Shown here: one piece after another, positions 8,487-17,148 of the stretch
Layout of the letters: each line of letters starts with the position of its first letter
How positions within the stretch are numbered: the first letter of the stretch is position 1
Virus record (IMG/VR): IMGVR_UViG_3300043580_000111
Location: 1-45,593 of that record
Reading direction: 5' to 3' (one strand)
DNA length: 45,593 nt
From: a virus
Lineage: Duplodnaviria; Caudoviricetes
Translations under genes and position numbers: made by a program
The notes under the pieces: model-generated
Told to the model about the DNA's origin: nothing
Database searches by the model: none
What the model saw: only the letters and a program-made list of their open reading frames with translations

Positions 8487-9698
8487 ATGCCTCCAGGTTA
8501 TCCATGGCAGATCGGCGACCCGCTGTTCGCCGCCGATCTCAACGCCGCCATCGCCGGTGCGGGTCATGGCGGTCTTAATGTCCGGGATTATGGCGCCGTG
8601 GGCGATGGTGTCGCCAATGACACGTTGGCGTTCAACAACGCGGTCGGCGCCGCCTACGACACGAAATCCAACCTCGTGGTCATTCCGTCCGGTTTATACC
8701 GGATCGACCCGCTCATTGTGTCCCCCGGCGTGGTGATCAAGGGCATGGTGCCGGGGCCACTGGACCCGCCGATCGGCGGACCGTCGTTTCTGACCCAACC
8801 GATCGGCGCGACGCTGCTGGTCAATTCACACAGTGCGCCGCTCATACAGTTGAACACCAGCAACGGTCTGTTCGATGTCATGATCTACGACCCGTCGCAG
8901 GTGGCGCCAACGGCGACGGCGCCGATCGTGACGCCTCCAATGGTGCTCATGCAATCACCCAGCCGGATGAGCGGCGTGACGCTGATCAACGCTTATGTCG
9001 GCGTCAAGGTGAACAGCGGACGTTGTATCGTCGAGAATTGTTACATTGGTGCATATAAAACCTGCGTTGATGTCGATCAGGCTCAGGACGTGACGTATTT
9101 CAACAACGTCTGGTGCAGCATCTTCTATGAGACCGCGTTCGGAATATTTCCTTTCTCCAATATGGACAACTGGGTTCAGAACAATGGTGGCGTCGCGTTT
9201 AAGTTTGGTCGCGCCGACGCGGTGTTCATGACGAATTGCGGTTGCTTCCTCAAATGGGCGGGTTTGTATTGCGCCGATGGCGCGGTGGACAGTTTGCCGA
9301 GTTACGGGTTGAGCGTGAATTTCGACGCCGATCTCGTTGTTTATGGCGCGGTGATTTATTCGACCAACGCCGCCGTTGGGTGGCAGTTGCTCAACTTCCA
9401 GGCCCTGCCGACCGGTGGCAGTTCTACTGTCGCCGCGACGCCGCTGTTCATGCCGACAGGCGGATCGTCGCCGCCGATCGTGCACTGGTCGGGCGGCACG
9501 GTAGGTCTGGGCGTGCCGAATAACTGGACGGTCTCGCAACAGCCTGTCGTCAACGCGGGACAACTCTCGGTGCGCGGCGTCAGCCAGCTGCCCGACCGGA
9601 TGCTGTCCGGGGTTGTTTTATCGAACCTCCCCACGAGCTCCGCCGGTCTTGTGGCGGGACAGGTATGGCGCAACGGCACCGTGTTGAACGTCATATGA
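8487..9698 (+). CDS. Tailspike/depolymerase, pectate-lyase-3-type beta-helix
   Basis: LNVRDYGAVGDGVANDTLAF...IPSGLY motif; LPTSSAGLVAGQVWRNG C-terminal fibre motif. Confidence 0.85.
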   Translation: MPPGYPWQIGDPLFAADLNAAIAGAGHGGLNVRDYGAVGDGVANDTLAFNNAVGAAYDTKSNLVVIPSGLYRIDPLIVSPGVVIKGMVPGPLDPPIGGPSFLTQPIGATLLVNSHSAPLIQLNTSNGLFDVMIYDPSQVAPTATAPIVTPPMVLMQSPSRMSGVTLINAYVGVKVNSGRCIVENCYIGAYKTCVDVDQAQDVTYFNNVWCSIFYETAFGIFPFSNMDNWVQNNGGVAFKFGRADAVFMTNCGCFLKWAGLYCADGAVDSLPSYGLSVNFDADLVVYGAVIYSTNAAVGWQLLNFQALPTGGSSTVAATPLFMPTGGSSPPIVHWSGGTVGLGVPNNWTVSQQPVVNAGQLSVRGVSQLPDRMLSGVVLSNLPTSSAGLVAGQVWRNGTVLNVI

Positions 9699-10210
9699 AC
9701 GCCTTCGCGGCCCTCGCCATCGGCGGCGTTGAGGTCACCTCCCCTGGCTACGCCCGGCGGCCCACGACGCTCGCTTACGCCGTCGATGGCGCCACGCTGT
9801 GCAACCTCGCCTCCATCCAGTGGCCCGCCGCCAAGGCCTCCTGGGGCGTCATCGACACGGTGCTACTTTACGACGCCGCGACATCAGGCGCCCTCATCGC
9901 CACATTGCCGACCATCACGCCGATCGAGATCCGCCAGTACGACATCGCCCGCATACCCGCTTCCGGCATCGCCATGGCCCTGGCGCTGACCAGCCGGCCC
10001 TACGGGATGGGCAAGTATGGTACCGGCCCCTACGGCGCCGGCGACTGGGTGTGGAAGCCGGTGGTGGCGGTCACCCCGTTCGACACGATCATCCTCAACA
10101 GCGGCGTGTTCGGCCCCCACGGCTACGGCCGCGTCATCGGCGTGCCGCTGGAGCGGGCGTTCGACCAGGTTCATGTCTGTTCACCCGGCGTTTGGGCAAA
10201 GGCGGCATAA
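9695..10210 (+). CDS. Tail-associated structural protein
   Basis: ATGA overlap; GYAR...IQWPAA.ASWG.I...LYDAATSG motif of phage tail proteins; YGMGKYGTGPYG repeat. Confidence 0.7.
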   Translation: MNAFAALAIGGVEVTSPGYARRPTTLAYAVDGATLCNLASIQWPAAKASWGVIDTVLLYDAATSGALIATLPTITPIEIRQYDIARIPASGIAMALALTSRPYGMGKYGTGPYGAGDWVWKPVVAVTPFDTIILNSGVFGPHGYGRVIGVPLERAFDQVHVCSPGVWAKAA

Positions 10211-11592
10211 TGGCCACGACCACACCCGTCCTCGGTCTCTTCAAGCCGGTCATCGGCGCGGACGATGACGACTGGGGAGCGTTCTGGAACAGCAACGCCG
10301 ACACGCTCGACGCCGCTTTGGTGGGTGGCGGGCCGTTCCTGCCGCTGACGGGCGGGACGGTGGACCACGCCAACGCCACCAACGGTTTGTTCGCCGGTAT
10401 CGCCACCATCGACATGCGACAGGGTTATGTCGGCGGCGTCGAACATCGCACGTGGGTCGGTGTCTCCGATAACGGCATGATGACTTATTATGATGGGGCG
10501 TCGCTTAGTGCGTTCTACGCTGTTCCTGGCTTTCCGCTCGCCGCCGTGGCCGCCGTTCGGACATCGGATCAATCCGGCGCGGGAACGGCGAACATCGGGT
10601 TCGCTTCTTACGCGGTAACGGATGGCGCGTCCGCCAGCCACGGTTCCTCGTGGAGTTTCTACGGATCGAACAGGAGAATGGCGGGTGCCGGCACGACCAT
10701 CGGCATGGAGTTGTCGATGGGTAATCTCGCGCCGACGGTCGAACTGAACCCGCATTTGACCGGCGCCCCCGGCAGCACGATAGGTCTGTGGCTGTCGAGC
10801 GGAGCGGAAGCATACGAAGCGGGGTTGACGGTTTATCCCGGCAGTTCCGCGCTCAATGTCGTCAGCAACGGCTCGACCTGGGGCAAGGGTCTGGTGTTTG
10901 GCGCCAACGCGCTCACCCCGGCGCCGGGAACCGGCGTGATGAAGGCAATCCAGCTACCAGAGAAGGGCGAGATCCAGTGGGTGTTTAACGCGGCCGGGGC
11001 GCGAGGCGGGTTTATTCGCAGCGACGCTACCGCGACGAGCCTGGGGATATTGTTTCACTCCGGTGACTTCACCATCGTTAACGACGCCGAGACCGTCCGT
11101 TTACTTGAGGTAACCACGAGCGGAGCCAGTGTCACCGGCACGTTTACCGCGTCGGGCAACGGTCTGTTTCAGAGCGGTTTTCAGGTCTATGGCGCGGCGT
11201 TGTTCTCCAGCGCCGCGCAGGCGCAAGGCGGGCTTTCGTTCCCCACCGCACCCGCCAGTGCAACCGATTTAAGTAAGCACCTGGACCTCGCTTTCGGCAC
11301 GCACGGGATGAACGTTTATAATGGTGTGCTGAATTTCAATGTCGGCGCCAGTTATTACTTCCAGTTTTTGGTCGGCGGGACCGCCGCCGTCTATGTTGAT
11401 GCGAATGCCCTGACCGCCGCCAAGGCACTACAGGTCACCCCTGGCGGCCCGACATGGACAACCGGCAGTGCGGTTCCATCCAGCACACAACCAGTCGGTT
11501 CGATCTATTCACGCGTGTCCACCTGGGCGGCGGGTGCGACGCTTTATGTCAGTAAAGGCGCGGGCGCATGGACGCCGGTGGCTGGCGTATGA
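10210..11592 (+). CDS. Tail fibre protein
   Basis: TAATG coupling; N-terminal TPVLGLFKPVIGADDDDWGAFWNSNADTLD anchor; FLPLTGGT motif; PVGSIYSR...LYV C-terminus. Confidence 0.8.
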   Translation: MATTTPVLGLFKPVIGADDDDWGAFWNSNADTLDAALVGGGPFLPLTGGTVDHANATNGLFAGIATIDMRQGYVGGVEHRTWVGVSDNGMMTYYDGASLSAFYAVPGFPLAAVAAVRTSDQSGAGTANIGFASYAVTDGASASHGSSWSFYGSNRRMAGAGTTIGMELSMGNLAPTVELNPHLTGAPGSTIGLWLSSGAEAYEAGLTVYPGSSALNVVSNGSTWGKGLVFGANALTPAPGTGVMKAIQLPEKGEIQWVFNAAGARGGFIRSDATATSLGILFHSGDFTIVNDAETVRLLEVTTSGASVTGTFTASGNGLFQSGFQVYGAALFSSAAQAQGGLSFPTAPASATDLSKHLDLAFGTHGMNVYNGVLNFNVGASYYFQFLVGGTAAVYVDANALTAAKALQVTPGGPTWTTGSAVPSSTQPVGSIYSRVSTWAAGATLYVSKGAGAWTPVAGV

Positions 11593-11825
11593 GCGGGTCA
11601 GGCGCGGAGCCACCAGGCATCAGAAGGCCAAACACGATGCAACCCACAGACCGCATCAGCATCACCCTCGACGCCCAGACGTGGGAAACCGTGCTGCGTG
11701 TCATCGCGCAGGCGCCCGTCGCTTACGCGGTCACCGCGCCGTTGATCGCCGCCATCCAGCAACAATGCTCGCAGCCTCAGCAACCGCCGCTGGCCCTCGT
11801 GCCACGCGAAGAAGCAGGAGAATAA
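11589..11825 (+). CDS. Small protein, possible fibre chaperone
   Basis: ATGA overlap with the fibre stop (alternative ATG 11637); short helical protein. Confidence 0.55.
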   Translation: MSGSGAEPPGIRRPNTMQPTDRISITLDAQTWETVLRVIAQAPVAYAVTAPLIAAIQQQCSQPQQPPLALVPREEAGE

Positions 11826-11828
11826 GCC

Positions 11829-12143
11829 ATGCCATCGACAGCCGGCAGCATGACCCAGACACCGACCGGAAACCCGCAATGGCGCAATTGCAACGGCGTC
11901 AACGTGCAGGGCTTCCAGGCCCCGGTCGCGCCGCAGACCAACCGTCCCCACACCGGCACTTCCTACGGCACCTACAGGGACTGGGTGCTCAGAATGGGCT
12001 ACAACCGCACCAAGGGCATCGCGGGATGGCGGGTCATGCTGCCGACCGGCGCGGGGTGGTATGTCGCGGTGACCGATGACAGCTCCGACGCGCCGACCGG
12101 GGTGACCAACACCGCGAACAATCCACCGGCGGGAGTTAAATAA
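11829..12143 (+). CDS. Hypothetical protein
   Basis: AGGAG RBS; TAATG coupling to the next gene. Confidence 0.65.
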   Translation: MPSTAGSMTQTPTGNPQWRNCNGVNVQGFQAPVAPQTNRPHTGTSYGTYRDWVLRMGYNRTKGIAGWRVMLPTGAGWYVAVTDDSSDAPTGVTNTANNPPAGVK

Positions 12144-13219
12144 TGGCCGACGCCTACACCCCGAAACTCGCGCTGATCCAGCCGGAGGTTGGCGCATCTC
12201 GTGACACCTGGGGAACAAAATGGAATCAGAACGCCGACATCCTCGACCAGTTCGTCAGCCAGTTTTGTCAGGTCGGGATCATCGCTGATTTCGCCGGCCC
12301 GACCGCGCCATCCGGCTGGCTCATTTGCGACGGCCGTAACGTATCAAGAACGACATACAGTAAACTGTTCGCGGTCATCGGCGTCTACTGGGGTAGCGGC
12401 GATGGCTCCACGACGTTCCGCCTGCCCAACACGGCGGGCCGTTCGCTGCTCGGTCCCGGCACGGTGACGGACCAGGGCGGCCTCGCCTACACATTCGGCT
12501 TCACCCAGATGCAGGGCTTCGTCTACAGCCCGATCACGCAGACGAACCTGCCCGCCTATAATCTCGTGACCGACAGCCAGGGCAGCCACAATCATACCGC
12601 CGCGACAGCGGGCGGCGGCGCGCATGGGCATACAATGGATCAGCAGGGCGTCCATACCCATGGCAACTTCACCGCCAACAACAACGTCGATCACACCCAT
12701 TCCGGCATCACTGATGCGCAAGGCGTCCATACGCACGGTTATATCCAAACCCAACACAATCCCGGTGAGTGGGTGGCCGGGTCGTCAGCCGCTCAGATCA
12801 CCATCACCGCTCAGCAGACCGACCCGGCGGGTAGCCACACGCACAATGTTTCGGTCGGCGGCGCCAGCACGGCGCATTCACATCAGATTTACGCGGACGG
12901 CACGCACTACCATAACGTCAACTCCGCCCCCAATCACACGCACCCGATCTACGATGACGGCGTCCACCAGCACAACGTCAACCTCGGCGGCGGCGGCGTG
13001 CCGCTCAATGTGCTGAACCCGTTCCTGGTCGTGACGAAGATCATCTACGCCGGCCAGGAAGCGGCCATCGTCACCGCCGCCGACATCACACCGGCCGCGA
13101 CATCGACCGACACCCACGCCGAGATCGAGAACCTGCGTGAGGAGATCGCCGCGCTACGGGCCTTGTTCGAGACACCGCGCGCCAGGATGCTGTCGGCGCC
13201 GTCACGCGGCCCGCATTAA
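12143..13219 (+). CDS. Tail fibre with tail-collar domain and His-rich (HxH) needle
   Basis: VGIIADFAG..APSGWLICDG..VSRTTYSKLFAVIG...GDGSTTFRLP collar motif; ten HxH motifs; NPFLVVTKII closing strand. Confidence 0.9.
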   Translation: MADAYTPKLALIQPEVGASRDTWGTKWNQNADILDQFVSQFCQVGIIADFAGPTAPSGWLICDGRNVSRTTYSKLFAVIGVYWGSGDGSTTFRLPNTAGRSLLGPGTVTDQGGLAYTFGFTQMQGFVYSPITQTNLPAYNLVTDSQGSHNHTAATAGGGAHGHTMDQQGVHTHGNFTANNNVDHTHSGITDAQGVHTHGYIQTQHNPGEWVAGSSAAQITITAQQTDPAGSHTHNVSVGGASTAHSHQIYADGTHYHNVNSAPNHTHPIYDDGVHQHNVNLGGGGVPLNVLNPFLVVTKIIYAGQEAAIVTAADITPAATSTDTHAEIENLREEIAALRALFETPRARMLSAPSRGPH

Positions 13220-14767
13220 ATGCCCCGCGTCGCCCAGGCCCCTCCCCCAGGCGTGTTCCGCAACGCGACGCCGGAAGCGACGCCGGGAAAATGGTATGAC
13301 GCCAACATGGTCCGCTTCCGGGGCGGGCAGCTGCAGCCGATCGGCGGCAACGTCGCCCTGGTCAACGCCGTCTTCCCCGACCTCCCGCGCGACATGCTGA
13401 CATGGCACGACAACGCGGGCGTGCGCTGGGCCGTCGCCGGGACGGACAGCAAACTGTTCGCCTATCGCTTCGATACCCAGGCGCTGCACGATATCACCCC
13501 CGCCGGTGTCGGCCCGCTCGATCCGCCTGGCACGTCCACCACCGGCTACGGCCGCGGGGACTACGGCGAGGAGACCTACGGCACGACGCGAACCTCGTCC
13601 GATGTCGGCCCCTCCGATATCGCCGCGACGATGGGCGATCGTTGGTCGATGGATACGTTCGGCGAGGATCTGCTGGTCGTGCCAACCCAGGACGGCCAGC
13701 TGTATCGTTGGACCCCCCTCACGCCAACGGTGCTGCCCATCATCGTGGCGGGCGCGCCCGATCAGAACAGGGGTGTGATCGTCACCGACCAGCGCCATGT
13801 CGTGCTGCTCGCCGCCGGCGGCGATCCACGCCGCGTCGCGTGGTCGGATCAGGAAGATCCCAACACCTGGGCGCCCGATGTCACCAACCTCGCCGGTGAT
13901 AAGATGCTGGTCACCCAGAGTTACGCGATGACGGCGGTGAAGGTCTCGGACGGCATCCTGATCTTCACCGCCAACGACGCGCACAAGATGGTCTACGTCG
14001 GCGCGCCCTATGCTTACGGCATCAGCCAGATCGCCACCGGCTGCGGGCCGATATCGCTTCGCGCCGTGGTCGGCATCGGTTCGTTTCATGCCTGGCCCGG
14101 CACGCAGACCTTCTGGTCCTATCAGGGAAATGTCCAACCGCTGCCGTGCCCGGTGCAGGACTGGTTCTACAGTCTCGTCAATCGAGACATGGCCGGTCGT
14201 GTTTTCGGTAGTCCCAATCCCGCCTTCACCGAACTCTGGTGGGACTGGCCGGATGAGGGGTCGCTCAATACCAACCGTTATATCGCGCTCAATTTCGCCG
14301 ACCCGGCGCATCCATGGACCATCGGCGTGCGCGAGCGCACGGCGGCGGACCCGAGCGGGACGATGGACTACCCGGTTCTCGGCGGCCCGCTGGGCGCCGG
14401 GGGCGGTCTCTACCTGCATGAGTATGGCTGGACCGAAAACGGCATCCCCCGCGCGCCCCTCGGCCTGATCTACGCCGAGAGCGGCGACATCGTCGCCGGC
14501 GAGGGGGATAAGAGATTCCACGTTAAACAGCTCGTCTTCGACGCCGACGGCCCGCCGGATGTCCTGGGCTATCGTTTCTTCCCGCGCGAGCAGCCGCACG
14601 ATGTCGAGAGCGAATACGACACCGGCCTCTACACCGTCATCCACGGCGGCCTGATGGACATGCGTTTCTCCGGCCGCTCTGTTCGCATGAGGATGGAGGC
14701 GACAGCGGACGGCCCCTGGGCCGTGGGCCGCCCGAGGCTGGAGATGAAAGGTGGAGGCAGGCGCTGA
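13220..14767 (+). CDS. Tail nozzle / packaged-DNA stabilisation protein (P22 gp10-like)
   Basis: W.DANMVRFRGG, WSMDTFGEDLL, VAWSDQED and GCG.I motifs; size and position fit. Confidence 0.75.
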   Translation: MPRVAQAPPPGVFRNATPEATPGKWYDANMVRFRGGQLQPIGGNVALVNAVFPDLPRDMLTWHDNAGVRWAVAGTDSKLFAYRFDTQALHDITPAGVGPLDPPGTSTTGYGRGDYGEETYGTTRTSSDVGPSDIAATMGDRWSMDTFGEDLLVVPTQDGQLYRWTPLTPTVLPIIVAGAPDQNRGVIVTDQRHVVLLAAGGDPRRVAWSDQEDPNTWAPDVTNLAGDKMLVTQSYAMTAVKVSDGILIFTANDAHKMVYVGAPYAYGISQIATGCGPISLRAVVGIGSFHAWPGTQTFWSYQGNVQPLPCPVQDWFYSLVNRDMAGRVFGSPNPAFTELWWDWPDEGSLNTNRYIALNFADPAHPWTIGVRERTAADPSGTMDYPVLGGPLGAGGGLYLHEYGWTENGIPRAPLGLIYAESGDIVAGEGDKRFHVKQLVFDADGPPDVLGYRFFPREQPHDVESEYDTGLYTVIHGGLMDMRFSGRSVRMRMEATADGPWAVGRPRLEMKGGGRR

Positions 14768-14997
14768 TGAGTGTCCGCCCCGTCTCCCGCCCGCCCGCGC
14801 CGTTCACCGTCCCCGAGGGCGGCGACCTTGACCAGCGGCTGGCGGCGATCGCCACTGAGTTAAATCGGAAAGCCAATGCCGGCCTGGCGGGGCCGGCCTA
14901 CCGTTTCATCGGCCTGATTTCGCCAGATGGAAGCACATGGCGCATAACCGTCAGCGATACCGGAACAATACTGACAGAACAGGTTCCCAGGATATGA
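14767..14997 (+). CDS. Small tail protein (paralog 1)
   Basis: TGATG coupling; LISPDGSTWRITVSDTG motif. Confidence 0.7.
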   Translation: MSVRPVSRPPAPFTVPEGGDLDQRLAAIATELNRKANAGLAGPAYRFIGLISPDGSTWRITVSDTGTILTEQVPRI

Positions 14998-15179
14998 CAC
15001 TCCCAAAACGATCCACCCCGGAGCCGTTCGCTCTCGCGCATCCCCCGGTCATTCCCGCCCCGCCCCCAGACCCCATTCCAACCTTCGACGCGGTCAACAT
15101 CCGCGCCAGCGACGGCAGCGTGTGGCGCATCCGGGTCACGCCGATGGGGTCGATGCTGCTGGACCGTATCGTTACCTGA
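14994..15179 (+). CDS. Small tail protein (paralog 2)
   Basis: ATGA coupling; IRASDGSVWRIRVTPMG motif similar to the previous gene. Confidence 0.65.
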   Translation: MTLPKRSTPEPFALAHPPVIPAPPPDPIPTFDAVNIRASDGSVWRIRVTPMGSMLLDRIVT

Positions 15180-15560
15180 GTGTTGTCATCCGAGGAAAAG
15201 CGGTCGCGACTACAAAAGGCCCTCGATTACGGGGGCAACACGCACACGCTCGCCGACGTGATCGACCTCGTTCGTAAAGGTGACGCCCAGTTCTGGGAAA
15301 GCGGTGATGGGACGATCGTCACTGAAATCCACTCGTATCCTCGGTTGAAGGCAATCTCCTTCTGGTTGATGAGCGGAACGATCCCCGACTGCATGGCGCT
15401 GGAAGATGACATCCTCACCTGGGCCAAAGCCGAGGGCTGCACGATGGCGATATCCACCGGACGGAAAGGGTGGCTGTATCACGCCCGCAAGACCGGCTGG
15501 CGCGCACGCCCGCATATGTTTCCGGTCTATAAATCGCTGACGGAGGAAACCGTGCCGTGA
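15180..15560 (+). CDS. Phage protein, probable acyl-CoA N-acyltransferase (GNAT-like) fold
   Basis: IVTEI..YPRLK...WAKAEGC....GRKGW pattern; usual position before ejection proteins. Confidence 0.6.
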   Translation: MLSSEEKRSRLQKALDYGGNTHTLADVIDLVRKGDAQFWESGDGTIVTEIHSYPRLKAISFWLMSGTIPDCMALEDDILTWAKAEGCTMAISTGRKGWLYHARKTGWRARPHMFPVYKSLTEETVP

Positions 15561-16717
15561 GCAAATCCAAGCCACAGACCACATCGGCGGTAACCGATAC
15601 CTCGCAGCACATTCCCGACTGGTTGAGCGACGCCGGTCGCGAAGCCGTTGATCGTTCCGTCGCTCTCAGTAACCGCGCCTACACCCCTTACACGGGCGAG
15701 ATGGTCGCGCCGCAATCGGCGGACACGCTTCAGTCGTATCAGGCCGTCCGCGACATGCAGGGCCAGGGCGCGCCGGCCTTCCAACAGTCCCTCGGGGCCT
15801 ACGGTAACCTCGTGGGGCAGGCGGCCCCGGTCACCGCCGGAGGCGTGAACGACAACACCAACGCCCTCTACGGCAACTTCAACCAGAACGTGATGAACCC
15901 GGCCCAGGGGCTGCTCGGGTCATACCTCAACGGTGGTCCCGCCACCGCCGCCCAGGTCGGTCAGAACGCCTCCACCCTGATGTCGCCTTACGCCCAGAAC
16001 GTCATCGACCCGACGCTGGCCGCCGGCGAGCAGGCGCGCGAGATCGCGCGCCAGAAGATCGCGGGCAACGCCGCCAACGCGGGCGCCTTCGGTGGCTCCC
16101 GCCAGGGTGTCGCCGAGGGTGTTTCCGACGCCCAGACACTACTCGGAACGCAACAGCAGATCGGTCAGATGCTGAACACCGGCTGGGGCCAGGCGCTCAA
16201 CTCCGGCACCCAGTTGGGCCTCCAGGCGGGCCAGCAGGGCTACGGCGCGGCCACCGGGCTCGCCAACCTCGGCGCCACCGGATACGCGGGCGCGCAACAG
16301 GCGGGGCAAGGCATCGCCAACACCAACCTGAACGCGGGCCTCACCGCCGCCGGAGCACTGCCCAACGTCGCCACGGCGCAGCAGGGCTACGGACAGAAAG
16401 ACGCCTCGTTGCTGCAAACCATCGGCGCCGATCAACAGAACTATCAGCAACGCCTCGACAACGCCGCCTATGGCCAGTTCATGGATCAGCAAAACTACCC
16501 GATCCAGAACCTCGATCTGCTGTTGGGCGCGGTGGGCGGCATTCCGTATTCGACGACGGGACAAGGCTACAGCACGAACACGCAGAACCTGACCAAGAAC
16601 GTGGGCGCGGGTATCGCGGGCGGCGCGCTCTCCGGCGCCGCGACAGGCGCCGCTTTTGGCCCATGGGGCGCGGCGGCTGGCGCCGTGGGCGGCGGCATTC
16701 TGGGGGCGCTCAACTGA
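15557..16717 (+). CDS. DNA ejection/pilot protein
   Basis: G/A/Q-rich; AGAFGGSRQGVAEG motif; C-terminal Gly-zipper GAAFGPWGAAAGAVGGGILG. Confidence 0.75.
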   Translation: MSKSKPQTTSAVTDTSQHIPDWLSDAGREAVDRSVALSNRAYTPYTGEMVAPQSADTLQSYQAVRDMQGQGAPAFQQSLGAYGNLVGQAAPVTAGGVNDNTNALYGNFNQNVMNPAQGLLGSYLNGGPATAAQVGQNASTLMSPYAQNVIDPTLAAGEQAREIARQKIAGNAANAGAFGGSRQGVAEGVSDAQTLLGTQQQIGQMLNTGWGQALNSGTQLGLQAGQQGYGAATGLANLGATGYAGAQQAGQGIANTNLNAGLTAAGALPNVATAQQGYGQKDASLLQTIGADQQNYQQRLDNAAYGQFMDQQNYPIQNLDLLLGAVGGIPYSTTGQGYSTNTQNLTKNVGAGIAGGALSGAATGAAFGPWGAAAGAVGGGILGALN

Positions 16718-17145
16718 TGTCCGGTAGCACCTCACCAGGATGGTTCGAGCCCGGCGGGTTCTTCTCCAGCAGCGGCAACGGTCTGTTCTCGTCGAGCGGA
16801 ACGACGCCAACCGCCGCCAACCCGAACGCCATCGTCCCTGGCTACGCCGCCGACAACTATACGCCGCTGGCAGGCGGGGCGGGGAGTAGCGGCGATCTCG
16901 TCAAAGCCCTTCAGGGGCTAAGCAAGGGCTTCGCGGACAGTCAAAAGCCCGCCGACAAAGGTCTTCCTGGCGCCGCCATCCCACAGATCGCGCCCACCGG
17001 CTCGCCCATGCGGCGCGTGGCGATCGATCAACTGGTGCAGATCCTGAACAAACGGCGCGACGATCTCCTCGCCGGGGCGATGAAGCCGGGCGGGCAGGCG
17101 GAGCCGTACAGCGCTCCACATTCCATTGGCCTTTTGGGGTTCTGA
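16717..17145 (+). CDS. Small internal virion/ejection protein
   Basis: TGATG coupling; lies between ejection genes. Confidence 0.6.
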   Translation: MSGSTSPGWFEPGGFFSSSGNGLFSSSGTTPTAANPNAIVPGYAADNYTPLAGGAGSSGDLVKALQGLSKGFADSQKPADKGLPGAAIPQIAPTGSPMRRVAIDQLVQILNKRRDDLLAGAMKPGGQAEPYSAPHSIGLLGF

Positions 17146-17148
17146 TCG

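Noticed and set aside
9799-10209. Long N-terminal extension of the 597-aa fibre ORF
   Set aside because: Arg-rich off-frame translation of the 9695 gene; the real start is the TAATG-coupled ATG at 10210.
13202-14644. Long antisense ORFs (13202-14644; also 5075-6397, 19273-20496, 33207-34385, 39325-40350)
   Set aside because: Shadow frames of well-supported genes in high-GC DNA, with no motifs.
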